Source of the DNA: an uncultured Granulosicoccaceae bacterium
GTDB taxonomy: Bacteria; Pseudomonadota; Gammaproteobacteria; CALCKW01
Length of the DNA: 64,000 bases
Assembly (NCBI GenBank): GCA_937965695.1
Contig: CALCKW010000059.1
Location: 351-64,350, forward strand
Reading direction: 5' to 3'
Positions 31,076 through 41,589 of this stretch are shown here, piece after piece. The translations under genes were made by a program, and so were the position numbers. The notes beneath the pieces are model-generated. The model ran no database searches and was not told the DNA's origin. It saw only the letters and a program-made list of their open reading frames with translations. Within the stretch, counting starts at the first letter, position 1. Every line of letters begins with the position of its first letter.

Positions 31076-31861
31076 TTAGCCCCAAGGTGGTAGGCGGGAG
31101 CTGACGATGTCCGCGGCGGTCTTGACCAACTCGGACCACTGAACAAGTGTTTCTTGTTCAGCTCTGAAGCTAGGTGCGGCCACGCTGAAAGCAGCAATTG
31201 GCTCTCCTTTGCTATTTAGAATAGGGCTGGCGACACAACACACACCGACGTAGTGTTCTTCTCGGTCAATGGCGTAGCCTTGCTGGCGCACCTGATTAAT
31301 CTCAGTGGCTAATGCCTCGGGAGAGGTAATTGTCGCTTGCGTGGTTGCGGCAAAACGCATGCGGCCTATAAGCTGTGCAGATTCCTCTTGGCACATATTG
31401 GCGAGAAAAGCTTTACCCGTGCTGCTGCAGTACATGGGGATGCGATCGCCAACTCGCACCGACATTCGAACACTCTGCGTACATTCAATGCTGTCAATGT
31501 AAACCATTTCTGTTTCTGCGCGCATCGCGAGCTGGACTGACTCATTTGTATGCTGCGCCAGCCACTCAAGCTGATCAAAGGCGAGCCGGCGTACATCCAT
31601 GTTTTGCCAGCTTCTTCGCGCGAGAGCCATCAATTTAAAGCCGAGACTGTACCGTTGAGTAGATTCGTCAAACAGGATTAGCTCTTCTTCCTGTAGTTGA
31701 CCGAGTAATCGGTTGAGCGTCGCCTTGGGAAAGCCCAGTAGTTTCTCCAACTCAGCAAAGCGCGGGTTGTCTCCGCTCTCGGCGACCGCTTCCAACACGC
31801 GTATGCTGCGATGAAAGTTTCCGTCGGTTGGCTTTATTGGTTTTTTCATACGCTCTGGCAA
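31076..31861 (-). CDS. IclR-family transcriptional regulator
   Basis: An N-terminal HTH and a C-terminal IclR effector-binding domain pattern are present. The ORF is 261 aa. Confidence 0.8.
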   Translation of the reverse strand: MPERMKKPIKPTDGNFHRSIRVLEAVAESGDNPRFAELEKLLGFPKATLNRLLGQLQEEELILFDESTQRYSLGFKLMALARRSWQNMDVRRLAFDQLEWLAQHTNESVQLAMRAETEMVYIDSIECTQSVRMSVRVGDRIPMYCSSTGKAFLANMCQEESAQLIGRMRFAATTQATITSPEALATEINQVRQQGYAIDREEHYVGVCCVASPILNSKGEPIAAFSVAAPSFRAEQETLVQWSELVKTAADIVSSRLPPWG

Positions 31862-32001
31862 AAAAGTGCTTTTTATCTTTCGGTGTTAGGCATTATACTT
31901 AATTCGGAACAATGTTCCATTTTTGATTTAAGGATGACATGAGAATTTCAAATCATGCGTGCTGCCGTTTGACTCGGCCACAGCAGAGAGCGCTCTAATA
32001 C

Positions 32002-34140
32002 GTGACTAACCGTCTCAAAATTCTGCGTGATTCGGGTTATGCAGCCGTGTTTAACTGGAGTCAAGAACTTGGTCCAGCGCTGGTCTATTGGGGTGATGAT
32101 AGCGCGGACCTTGAGGTGCTAGACCAGTGGCAAGTGCTACAGGCCGCGACGACTCGTGCGCACATGGATCACCAGCTAGGGGTTTTATTAGCACCAGACT
32201 TATCTCGAGGTTCACTGCAACCTTCGATACTACTGGCGCATTCTCATAGCAAACAATTTGCGCAACAATTTCGCTGTGAACATGCTCGGTCAGAAGGCCG
32301 TGGAATAGTATTTGGCTTATTTGACCGCACTGCGGGTCTGCAGTTGGATTTGGACATACGGCTTGATGGAGCAAACCGCTGCTTAAAGCTGCGCACCCAA
32401 TTGCGCAATATTGGCGATTTAGACTGGACTATTGACCATCTAGGCTGCCCTTGCTTGCCACTGCCGAGCGCCTTTCGCGAGTGCATAACTTTTCCGGGGC
32501 GTTGGGGTGGTGAGTTTCGCCAGCAACGCAGCACACTGGGCGAACATGCACTCTTGATAGAGCATCGTGAAGGTCGCACTGGCCCGCAACATCAACCCTC
32601 CGTTGTCGTGGGCAATGCGGGTTTTGATAATGATCAGGGGCAATTGATTGGTGCACACCTAGGCTGGAGCGGAAATTACCAGTTGCGTGTTGAACGTTTT
32701 GCCAACGGTACAGCCGCATTGCAAGCAGGCGTTTGGTTTTTTCCTGGCGAGCAGCAACTTGCACCTCAGCAGCAGTTAACAACACCTTGGCTTTACGCCG
32801 TACAAAGTGATGCCGGTACGAATGCAATGAGTCAGAGCTTTCACCAGCATCTGAGGCAGCACATTTTACCGAGTTGGACACGTGATTCTCGGCCAATCCA
32901 TGCCAACTCGTGGGAGGCGGTCTACTTTGACCACCGGCAACAAACACTATTCGATTTGATCGATGCGGCGAGTGCCGCAGGGGCTGAGCGTTTTGTCTTG
33001 GACGACGGCTGGTTTACAGGCCGTCGTGATGACACCTCTGCGCTGGGGGATTGGACCGTCTGTGCGGATGTTTACCCCGATGGATTACACCCGATCGTTC
33101 AGCGTGTACATGAGCGGGGCTTGCAATTTGGCCTCTGGGTTGAGCCTGAAATGATCAACCCAAACAGCGATCTCGCACGCGCCCACCCAGAGTGGATCTT
33201 GCAGACGGGCGATCGCGATAACCCCACTGCACGGAATCAGTGGGTTCTGGACATTAGTCGTAATGACGCATACCAATACATCAAACAATGTCTGATAGCA
33301 CTGTTAGATGAGTATCCAATAGTCTATTTGAAATGGGATATGAATCGCCCCTTGGTGCAGCCCGGTGGGTGTACGGGTACCGCTGTCGCTGCTGCACAGG
33401 TTTATGCGATGTACCAACTGATGGATGAGCTGATTGAGCACCAACCTGGTTTGGAGATTGAAAGCTGTTCCTCGGGCGGTGGTCGAATTGACGCTGGCGT
33501 GTTTGAGCGCACCGGTCGCGCTTGGGCATCGGATAACAACGATCCGGTTGAACGGGTGGCGATTCAATCTGGCTTTTCTATGTTCTTCCCGCCCGAACTT
33601 ATGGGTGCCCATGTCGGGCCGCACAGTGCCCACCTAACAGGCCGAGAGACGTCGCTTGATTTCAGATTGTTGCTCGCTTTACAGGGACAGTTTGGCTTAG
33701 AGGTTGATGCGCGGCATTTAAACCATGAAGAATTATTAAAAGTACAACAGGCAGCTACGCTGTATCAGCGCCACAGAAACTGGATCGGCGAAGCGAAGGT
33801 CTGGCGTTGGCAGCGTGAAGGGGTTGATTTTTGCGCCTATGTCAGCGCAGATCAATCGCAGGTTTTATTGTGGGCACTCGCTGGTGGAGCGCTCGCGGGT
33901 TCGATTCCACCGCCGGCGTTGGTGCCTGGTTTAAAAAAATCCGGTCGTTATAGAGCGCAGATTATGTTGCCAACCAATACCAGCACATGGTTGCGTTTCG
34001 CCAATGATTTCCCACCTTGGCTCGCTCAGGATGGTGGTGTTGTCTGTGGTGCGAGCCTTTTGCAGAAAGTGGGCTTGGCGCTTCCAGTGCTTGCAGCGCA
34101 GACCGGCTTGTTAGTGTATCTCTCAAGAGAAAGTGAATGA
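32002..34140 (+). CDS. Alpha-galactosidase, GH36 (melibiase/raffinose-type)
   Basis: The FVLDDGWF motif, the YLKWDMN nucleophile motif and the CSSGGGR acid/base motif are present. The ORF is 712 aa. Confidence 0.85.
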   Translation: MTNRLKILRDSGYAAVFNWSQELGPALVYWGDDSADLEVLDQWQVLQAATTRAHMDHQLGVLLAPDLSRGSLQPSILLAHSHSKQFAQQFRCEHARSEGRGIVFGLFDRTAGLQLDLDIRLDGANRCLKLRTQLRNIGDLDWTIDHLGCPCLPLPSAFRECITFPGRWGGEFRQQRSTLGEHALLIEHREGRTGPQHQPSVVVGNAGFDNDQGQLIGAHLGWSGNYQLRVERFANGTAALQAGVWFFPGEQQLAPQQQLTTPWLYAVQSDAGTNAMSQSFHQHLRQHILPSWTRDSRPIHANSWEAVYFDHRQQTLFDLIDAASAAGAERFVLDDGWFTGRRDDTSALGDWTVCADVYPDGLHPIVQRVHERGLQFGLWVEPEMINPNSDLARAHPEWILQTGDRDNPTARNQWVLDISRNDAYQYIKQCLIALLDEYPIVYLKWDMNRPLVQPGGCTGTAVAAAQVYAMYQLMDELIEHQPGLEIESCSSGGGRIDAGVFERTGRAWASDNNDPVERVAIQSGFSMFFPPELMGAHVGPHSAHLTGRETSLDFRLLLALQGQFGLEVDARHLNHEELLKVQQAATLYQRHRNWIGEAKVWRWQREGVDFCAYVSADQSQVLLWALAGGALAGSIPPPALVPGLKKSGRYRAQIMLPTNTSTWLRFANDFPPWLAQDGGVVCGASLLQKVGLALPVLAAQTGLLVYLSRESE

Positions 34141-35300
34141 ATATCCAAGAATTAAACGAGCACTTCCAGCATCACTACGGTGACAGCGCGGAGGCATTGC
34201 GCGCGTTTTATGCGCCTGGCCGTGTCAATTTGCTCGGTGACCATACCGACTACAACGGTGGGTTGGTTTTGCCCAGTGCGATTGATTACGGCACGACATT
34301 GTTAGTGCGTAGACGTAGCGACAAAGTCGTTAAGCTTGCTTCGCGAAACTTTAATTTGGTGGCTTTCTTGTCCGCTGGGGAGTTGCAGCAAAAGTATGCC
34401 GATCACTGGATTAATTACCCGCTCGGTGTGATTGATCAGTTTCGACAGCGCGGGATTGATATCGCAGGTCTAGACCTTCTTTACAGTGGCGATATTCCCA
34501 ACGGGGCGGGCTTGTCATCATCTGCCTCCGTTGAAGTTGTCACGGCTTTTGCCATAAACAGTCTGTTTGAGCTGGGGTTGGATGCTTTAACTTTGGTGCA
34601 AATGGCTCAGGCTGCTGAAAACGATTTTGTTGGTGTCAATTGCGGCATCATGGATCAATACGCCTCGGCAATGGGGCAGGTTGGCCACGTGATGAAACTC
34701 GACTGCGGAAGCCTAGCGTGCGAGCAGGTTCCTGTTGAGCTTGGCGATTTTAGTTTTCTAATCGTCAACTCTAATCAACGTCGGGAGTTAACGGAATCCA
34801 AATACAACGAGCGATTCTCCGAGAGTAGGGCAGCGCTGGATGTATTGCAGCAAAGTGAATCCGTCGAGACACTCGCGCAAGCCACACTGGAACAGTTACA
34901 GACACACCAAGAGGCCTTGGGTGACATGCTTTATCGGCGTGCCAGACATGTGGTTAGCGAGCACAACGCCGTAAAAAAAGCAGCAGAGCTTTTACGCAAT
35001 AACGATTTGGTCCAATTTGGCGCACTGATGGATCAATCGCATGTTTCTATGCGTGATGACTATGAAACGTCTACTTCCGTGTTGGATGCATTGGTGGATA
35101 TTTCGCGCCGACAGATGGGGGTCTTAGGGGCGAGATTAACGGGGGCTGGATTTGGTGGTTGTGTAGTTGTATTGATCGAATCAGCTGAACTGCCAGAGTT
35201 TCAAAAATTTGTTGCACAAGAATACAAAGACAGCACAGGTTTGAGTGCGGATTTTTATCCGGTCAGTTTGGCAGACGGTGCGCGGGAGCTGAGTGCGTGA
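34137..35300 (+). CDS. galK: Galactokinase
   Basis: The galactokinase signature GRVNLLGDHTDYNGG is present, with GHMP kinase motifs. The ORF is 387 aa. Confidence 0.9.
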   Translation: MNIQELNEHFQHHYGDSAEALRAFYAPGRVNLLGDHTDYNGGLVLPSAIDYGTTLLVRRRSDKVVKLASRNFNLVAFLSAGELQQKYADHWINYPLGVIDQFRQRGIDIAGLDLLYSGDIPNGAGLSSSASVEVVTAFAINSLFELGLDALTLVQMAQAAENDFVGVNCGIMDQYASAMGQVGHVMKLDCGSLACEQVPVELGDFSFLIVNSNQRRELTESKYNERFSESRAALDVLQQSESVETLAQATLEQLQTHQEALGDMLYRRARHVVSEHNAVKKAAELLRNNDLVQFGALMDQSHVSMRDDYETSTSVLDALVDISRRQMGVLGARLTGAGFGGCVVVLIESAELPEFQKFVAQEYKDSTGLSADFYPVSLADGARELSA

Positions 35301-36343
35301 GTGACAACCTAGACCAAGGTGTGTGGCAGCGGCGTTGGAACCCCGTCTTCGGTGAATGGGTGATAATGGCGTCCCGCACCGGCAATCGACCGTGGCAGGG
35401 GAAAAAAAGCGCCGCAGCCGATCGAGAAATTCCACCACATGATAAAAACTGCTATTTGTGCCCAGAATCCACCCGCGCCAATGGCCAGCAGAACCCTAAC
35501 TACGGATCGGTGTTTGCTTTCGACAACGACTTTGCCAGCTTTTCGAGCGAGGCGCCTGAGCCAACGTTGCAAAACGATCCTTGCGTGGAGCAAGCAAGTA
35601 ATCAGGGCTCGTGTCGAGTGCATTGCTGGTCGCCGCGGCACGATCTGACGTTAGCCAGACTCGGTGCGGAAAAATTGGGCGATGTGGTTTCTCTTTGGGC
35701 CCGAGAATACACCGAGTTATCGGCTCTAGAGCGCGTGCAATATGTTCTGATGTTTGAAAACAAAGGTGAAGAAGTCGGTGCCTCCAATCCTCACCCGCAT
35801 GGTCAAGCTTATGCAATGGGTTACTTGCCGGGTAAGGTTGCCCGAGTGCAGGCGAGCATGCAGCAGTGGCACACGCAGAACAAGATTTCGGTGTTGCAAT
35901 CGCTTTTGGCTCACCCAGATTGGCAAAGTTTGTTTATTGAAGAAAACGAACATTTCGTCCATTTGACCCCTTGGGCCGCGCGCTTCCCCTACGAAACATG
36001 GATCGTCCCCAAACGGGCATTGCCGCATCTCGCTGATCTGAGCGTTGAAGAGAGTCGAGCCTTGGCAGATATTTTCTCTCATGCGTCGATACGTTACGAC
36101 AATTTATTCCAGCGTGATTGTCCGAACATGACGATGCACTACAACGCGCCATCGGTGCCTGATTTACAGCAAGGCTGGCATTACTTTTGTTGTATGCAGC
36201 CGCCGTTGCGCGATGCCAACACGCTCAAATACCTAGCAGGGTTTGAAACTGGGGCGGGAGATATCGTGAACCCCGTGTCTCCAGCTCAGGCCGCAAGCCA
36301 GTTGCGTGAGCAAACGACCGTGCATTTCTCGGAGCTCAGCTAA
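35297..36343 (+). CDS. galT: Galactose-1-phosphate uridylyltransferase
   Basis: The Zn-site CxxC (CYLCPE), the HxH-type active-site region (HPHGQ) and the overall length fit GalT. It is translationally coupled to galK. Confidence 0.8.
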   Translation: MSDNLDQGVWQRRWNPVFGEWVIMASRTGNRPWQGKKSAAADREIPPHDKNCYLCPESTRANGQQNPNYGSVFAFDNDFASFSSEAPEPTLQNDPCVEQASNQGSCRVHCWSPRHDLTLARLGAEKLGDVVSLWAREYTELSALERVQYVLMFENKGEEVGASNPHPHGQAYAMGYLPGKVARVQASMQQWHTQNKISVLQSLLAHPDWQSLFIEENEHFVHLTPWAARFPYETWIVPKRALPHLADLSVEESRALADIFSHASIRYDNLFQRDCPNMTMHYNAPSVPDLQQGWHYFCCMQPPLRDANTLKYLAGFETGAGDIVNPVSPAQAASQLREQTTVHFSELS

Positions 36344-38262
36344 TGCAATTGGGCGTTTGTTATTACCCCGAGCATTGGCCAGAGACCGAGTGGTCGAGCG
36401 ACGCTGCGCGAATGCGTGAAGTGGGTATTAGCAAAGTTCGCCTTGGGGAGTTTGCTTGGAGTCGTTACGAGCCAAACCCTGGAGACTATCACTGGAATTG
36501 GCTGCACCGTGCTATTGATATTTTGCACGCCGAAGGACTAGAAGTCATATTGGGCACACCCACTGCCTGTCCTCCTAAGTGGTTGGTGGATCAGCACCCA
36601 GATATTCTTGCCACTGATGAGCAAGGCATGACACGAGGCTTCGGGTCGCGCCGTCACTATTGCTTTTCTTCGGAAATATACCGGCAGCACAGTAAGCGCA
36701 TTGTCCGTGAGATGGCGCAACAATTTGGTGATCACCCGGCGGTTGTCGCTTGGCAAACGGACAACGAGTATGGTTGTCACAGCACGATTGTCAGCTATAG
36801 CGCTGAAGCACAACGCGCTTTTAGGCTTTGGTGCTCAGAACAATTTGACTCTATAGAAGCGCTCAACAGTGCATGGAATAATATTTTTTGGTCAATGGAG
36901 TATTCGAACTTTGACGCTATCGACGTTCCAAATCTTGCTGTCACAGAGCTCAATCCTGCTCACCGTTTAGCCTTTTGGCGCTTCAGCTCAGCACAAGTCG
37001 CGAGCTTTAATGCAGAGCAGGTTTCAATATTACGGAAGCATTCGCCGGGTCGAGATCTCATGCACAATTACATGGGTAATTTTTGCGAGTTTGACCATTA
37101 CCCTGTAGCTGATACGCTCGACGTCGCAGGGTGGGACAGCTATCCGCTTGGTTTTTTAGATCGCGACAACGAAAACGCGCAGTCAAGAATAGACTGGCTG
37201 CGCACGGGGCATCCTGATTGCGCGCCTTTTCATCACGACCTCTACCGCGGTGTGGGACAGGGTCGTTGGTGGGTTATTGAACAGCAACCTGGGGCTGTGA
37301 ATTGGGCGCCACACAATCCAGCACCACTCGCTGGGATGGTTAAATATTGGGCGATGGAGGCACTAGCGCACGGCGCGGAGCTGTGCAGTTTTTTTCGTTG
37401 GCGACAACACCCAGCGGCACAAGAGCGGCACCACACGGGGTTGTTACTGCCCAATGGTGAGCCAGGTCCTGCCTTCCAAGAAGTAAAAGAAGTTGCTGCT
37501 GAAATTGCGTCGCTGGGCGGGGTTGCCAGCGTTCCCAAAACACCTGCGCCCGTCGCACTGCTGTTTGATTATGTCGGGAATGCCGCTTTAGAAACTCAGC
37601 CACAAGGTGTCAACTATGACCCACAGGGTTGGACGCAAGCGCTGTATCGCGCTTTGCGCCGCTGTGGTGTAGACGTAGATGTATTGCCCATTGGTCGTGC
37701 ATTGGAGGGGTATCAGATGGTTATATTAGCTAATGCAACCGTGGATTCGCCTGAACTGACTCAGCAACTAATAAACTTTGAGGGCACAGTTTTAATCGGC
37801 CCTCGCAGCTTTTCTCAAAATGTTCACTGTTGCACACCTGACACCTTGGCACCTGGTTCGCTGCAATCGCTTATTTCATTGCGCGTTATCGGTGCAGAGT
37901 CATTGCCTGATGCTGTTCCGATGGCGGCAGCAGAATATACGGCATGGCGCTGGCGTGAACGCGTGCAAAGTGCGATTAAACCAGAGGCACTCTTTGAAGA
38001 TGGTTGGGGTTTTCACTACCGACAGGGGAAAGTTCACTATCTCAATGCTCAATTGCAAGATGACAGTTTGCGTAGATTTGTTGCGCATCGTTTAAAAGAG
38101 GCAGAGATTGTTGTCAGACCCTGTAGTCCCGGATTGCGTTATACCCAGCGTGGATCGCTTCAGTATGTGTTTAATGCGGGTCCTGCATCGGTCTCAATAG
38201 AAAGTCCTAGCGGCGAGCAGGATTTGGCGCCGGGCGAATATTGCCATTGGCAAGTTGTTTAG
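36343..38262 (+). CDS. Beta-galactosidase, GH42
   Basis: The N-terminus LGVCYYPEHWPE is typical of GH42 BgaB-type enzymes. The ORF is 639 aa. Confidence 0.85.
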   Translation: MQLGVCYYPEHWPETEWSSDAARMREVGISKVRLGEFAWSRYEPNPGDYHWNWLHRAIDILHAEGLEVILGTPTACPPKWLVDQHPDILATDEQGMTRGFGSRRHYCFSSEIYRQHSKRIVREMAQQFGDHPAVVAWQTDNEYGCHSTIVSYSAEAQRAFRLWCSEQFDSIEALNSAWNNIFWSMEYSNFDAIDVPNLAVTELNPAHRLAFWRFSSAQVASFNAEQVSILRKHSPGRDLMHNYMGNFCEFDHYPVADTLDVAGWDSYPLGFLDRDNENAQSRIDWLRTGHPDCAPFHHDLYRGVGQGRWWVIEQQPGAVNWAPHNPAPLAGMVKYWAMEALAHGAELCSFFRWRQHPAAQERHHTGLLLPNGEPGPAFQEVKEVAAEIASLGGVASVPKTPAPVALLFDYVGNAALETQPQGVNYDPQGWTQALYRALRRCGVDVDVLPIGRALEGYQMVILANATVDSPELTQQLINFEGTVLIGPRSFSQNVHCCTPDTLAPGSLQSLISLRVIGAESLPDAVPMAAAEYTAWRWRERVQSAIKPEALFEDGWGFHYRQGKVHYLNAQLQDDSLRRFVAHRLKEAEIVVRPCSPGLRYTQRGSLQYVFNAGPASVSIESPSGEQDLAPGEYCHWQVV

Positions 38263-38356
38263 TTGTAAGAAGTATCGTTTTTTATCCGGACAACAGGTGT
38301 TGTCCAAGAACCGACGGGCAGGACTATGCCCGCATAATGACTCACTTAGGAGAGTA

Positions 38357-39607
38357 ATGATGTTGCATAAACTTCGTAACCGTATGCCAATGGCTGCACT
38401 GGCACTAGCTGTCGCCGGTCTGGTCAGCAATGTGGCTGTAGCCGGCGATCTTGTCATCAACTTTGATGATCCAAATGCAGGTCCAAAAGCAGGATTTGAG
38501 GCAGCAGTTGAAGCCTTTAAAGTTGCCAACCCTGATATCAACGTCACTGTTAACATTAATGACCGGGAAGCGCACAAAACGGCTATTCGCAATTTCTTGT
38601 CCGCCGACGCACCAGATATTACATCTTGGTACCCAGGCAACCGCATGGCACCTTTTGTAGAAGCGGGTTTGTTTGAAGACGTGTCTGACCTTTGGGAACA
38701 AGAGGGCTTCAACGATACTCTGGCGGCAATTCGCCCAACCATGACTATCGATGACAAGCAGTGGGGCGTTCCGTACACTTACTACCAGTGGGGCGTTTAC
38801 TACCGCAAAGACATCTTTGACAAACTGGGTCTTGAAGAGCCAAAGAACTGGGAAGAGTTTAACGCTGTTGCTAGCTCACTAAAAGAAGCAGGCGTAACGC
38901 CAATCACGATCGGCACCAAGTACCTTTGGACTGCTGCTGGTGTCTTCGATTACCTTAACTTGCGTATCAACGGCTATGAGGTTCACAACGACCTAACAGC
39001 GGGTAAGGTCAAGTACACTGATGAGCGAATTCGCAATGTATTCGTCGCGTGGAAAGAAATGGTTGATGCTGGTTATTTCGTCGACAACCACGCCACCATG
39101 TCTTGGCAAGATGCGATTGCACCTTTTGCCAATGGTGATGCAGCAATGTACGTGATGGGTAACTTCTCTGTCGACGGCTACAAAGAAGCTGGTTTGACGG
39201 AAGACCAGATCGACTACTTTCAATTCCCTGAAATAACACCTGGTCTACCTCGTGCAGAAGAAGCACCTGCAGATGCTTTTTTCATTCCATCAAAAGCGAA
39301 AAACAAAGAAGATGCGCGTAAGTTCCTCGCCTTTGTTGCTCAGCCTGACGTGCAGACTCAATGGAACATCACCATCGGTCAGTTGCCCGTTAACAAGAAC
39401 AGCCAAGTTGGCGACAGCAAGTTCTTGACCGAAGGTTTTGAAACACTGTCTACAGCTACTGGACTGGCGCAGTTTTACGACCGTGATGCACCGGCACAAA
39501 TGGCTAAAGCCGGCATGGAAGGCTTTCAGGAGTTTATGCTTGACACATCTAAGCTAGACGCCATTTTAGAGCGTTTGGACAAAGTACAGCTTGAAGTATA
39601 CAAGTAG
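38357..39607 (+). CDS. Sugar ABC transporter periplasmic substrate-binding protein (CUT1 family)
   Basis: The start is called at ATGATG after AGGAGAG. The signal peptide is MAALALAVAGLVSNVAVA. The ORF has a CUT1-family SBP profile. Confidence 0.75.
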   Translation: MMLHKLRNRMPMAALALAVAGLVSNVAVAGDLVINFDDPNAGPKAGFEAAVEAFKVANPDINVTVNINDREAHKTAIRNFLSADAPDITSWYPGNRMAPFVEAGLFEDVSDLWEQEGFNDTLAAIRPTMTIDDKQWGVPYTYYQWGVYYRKDIFDKLGLEEPKNWEEFNAVASSLKEAGVTPITIGTKYLWTAAGVFDYLNLRINGYEVHNDLTAGKVKYTDERIRNVFVAWKEMVDAGYFVDNHATMSWQDAIAPFANGDAAMYVMGNFSVDGYKEAGLTEDQIDYFQFPEITPGLPRAEEAPADAFFIPSKAKNKEDARKFLAFVAQPDVQTQWNITIGQLPVNKNSQVGDSKFLTEGFETLSTATGLAQFYDRDAPAQMAKAGMEGFQEFMLDTSKLDAILERLDKVQLEVYK

Positions 39608-39619
39608 GGCTTAGCCCGA

Positions 39620-39648
39620 GATGGGTCGCTCTGACCCATCTTTTTTAA
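39620..39648 (+). terminator. Rho-independent terminator after the sugar SBP gene
   Basis: The sequence GATGGGTCgctctGACCCATC is followed by TTTTTTAA. Confidence 0.5.
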
Positions 39649-39649
39649 C

Positions 39650-40633
39650 GTGGATAAAACGATGAGCCAATTCCAGAACAGTCAAAGTTGGTACAAGAGA
39701 AATCAGTTGCAGATAGCACCTTGGTTGTTCGTGGCACCAGCTCTATTTTTCTTCAGTATTTACGTCATCATTCCCATCTTTCAATCAATATCTATTTCTT
39801 TTTACGAATGGAATGGGCTCTATAACGCAGCGGGTGAATCCACAGCGAAGTGGGTCGGCTTTGATAACTACGTCAAGCTGATGGATGATGATAATTTTTA
39901 CACCTCTCTGAAAAACAATTTGATCTGGTTGCTGCTGTTTATGGCTGCAGTGCCCATCGGCCTCGCATTGGCGCTGTTTCTCAATCAAACAGTGACCGGT
40001 ATGCGTTTTTACAAGTCAATGTTCTTTTTCCCTTTTGTTATTTCCCAAGTAGTCGTTGGTTTGATATTTGGCTGGTTTTACAACCCTGAATTTGGTGTGG
40101 TCGGCTCCATCTGGAAAGCGTTGTATTGCGAGGAAGTCACCAACATCATGGGTAACCTAACCAGTAAATGCAGTGTTCAACCACCCAATATCCTTGGCGA
40201 TGAAAACTGGGCAACCTATGGCATTATTTTCGCGGGCCTTTGGCCACAAGTTGCCTATTGCATGATCTTATACCTGACAGGACTAAATAACGTGTCGCCG
40301 GATCAAATTGAAGCGGCACGCCTAGACGGCGCACGCGGCTTTAAGATGTTGCGTTACGTGATTCTACCGCAGCTAGCACCAGCTACTTTTCTCGCTGTTG
40401 TAGTGACGGTTATTGGTGCGCTGCGTTCCTTTGACATGATTGCTATCATGACTCGCGGCGGTCCTTATGGTTCCAGTAACGTGCTGGCTTACTATATGTA
40501 TGAAACCGCAATCTCTGAGTACGGAGATCGATACGGTTACGGCTCCGCCATTGCGACCGTACTGTTTTTGATCATGTTGGTATACATCTCTTACTTCTTA
40601 TTTAAGATGTATAGAGACGAGCGAGGTCAATAA
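39650..40633 (+). CDS. Sugar ABC permease (MalF/UgpA-like)
   Basis: It is polytopic with an EAA-loop region (EAARLDGARGFKMLRYVILP). Confidence 0.8.
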   Translation: MDKTMSQFQNSQSWYKRNQLQIAPWLFVAPALFFFSIYVIIPIFQSISISFYEWNGLYNAAGESTAKWVGFDNYVKLMDDDNFYTSLKNNLIWLLLFMAAVPIGLALALFLNQTVTGMRFYKSMFFFPFVISQVVVGLIFGWFYNPEFGVVGSIWKALYCEEVTNIMGNLTSKCSVQPPNILGDENWATYGIIFAGLWPQVAYCMILYLTGLNNVSPDQIEAARLDGARGFKMLRYVILPQLAPATFLAVVVTVIGALRSFDMIAIMTRGGPYGSSNVLAYYMYETAISEYGDRYGYGSAIATVLFLIMLVYISYFLFKMYRDERGQ

Positions 40634-40634
40634 C

Positions 40635-41486
40635 ATGTATCCGAGTCCTATAGAGAAAGCCTCACCGTTCAAGCGAATTGCTTACAAAATGGTGTTGCCG
40701 GTAGCGTTGTTTGTTTGGCTGCTGCCTTTGCTGGCGATTTTCATGACATCGATTCGCCCTGCTGCCGATATCAACACGGGCAATATGTTTGGCTGGCCCA
40801 GCGCATTTAATTTGGTGGAGAACTACACCGCGGTATTTACCGAGTCTCAGGCTGCTAGTTATTTTTGGAATTCAATTAAAGTCACCGTGCCAACAGTTGT
40901 CATGGCGCTGGTGCTTTCTTGTTTGGCAGGCTATGGACTAGCCATTTATCGATTTAAGTTTGCGCTGCCGTTGTTTTTCTTGTTCATCGCAGGCAATTTT
41001 GTCCCTTTTCAAATTCTGATGGTGCCTGTTCGTGATCTATCAGTACGCACTGGTCTCTACGACACAGTTACTGGGCTTGTGCTATTCCATGCGGCATTCC
41101 AGACGGGTTTTTGTACCTTGTTTATGCGAAACTTTATTAGAGGCCTACCGCACGAGCTCATCGAAAGCGCGCGCATAGAGGGTGTAGGGGAGTTACGTAT
41201 TTTTTGGTATGTGGTACTTCCATTAGTACGCCCAGCCATCGCAGCGCTTGCTGTTTTGATCTTTACGTTTATCTGGAATGATTTTTTCTGGGCTACTGTA
41301 TTGACTCAAGGGGAGGCATCTAAACCAATTACTGCGGGTATACGCGCGCTAAACGGACAGTTTGTCTCTCAATGGCACCTTGTGTCGGCAGCATCTCTGA
41401 TGGCGGCATTACCACCTGTTCTTATGTTCTTCGCGATGCAAAAGCACTTTATCGCCGGATTGACACTAGGCGCGACCAAGGGCTGA
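40635..41486 (+). CDS. Sugar ABC permease (MalG/UgpE-like)
   Basis: It is polytopic with an EAA-loop (ESARIEGVGELRIFWYVVLP). Confidence 0.8.
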   Translation: MYPSPIEKASPFKRIAYKMVLPVALFVWLLPLLAIFMTSIRPAADINTGNMFGWPSAFNLVENYTAVFTESQAASYFWNSIKVTVPTVVMALVLSCLAGYGLAIYRFKFALPLFFLFIAGNFVPFQILMVPVRDLSVRTGLYDTVTGLVLFHAAFQTGFCTLFMRNFIRGLPHELIESARIEGVGELRIFWYVVLPLVRPAIAALAVLIFTFIWNDFFWATVLTQGEASKPITAGIRALNGQFVSQWHLVSAASLMAALPPVLMFFAMQKHFIAGLTLGATKG

Positions 41487-41589
41487 CGCCAAAATAAGCA
41501 AGTCAAATTACATGGCCTGTGTCCTTGAGCAAAATGTTTTTGGATTACAGGCCTAGTGATTTATTATCAGGCGATGTCTGATTCGACTT

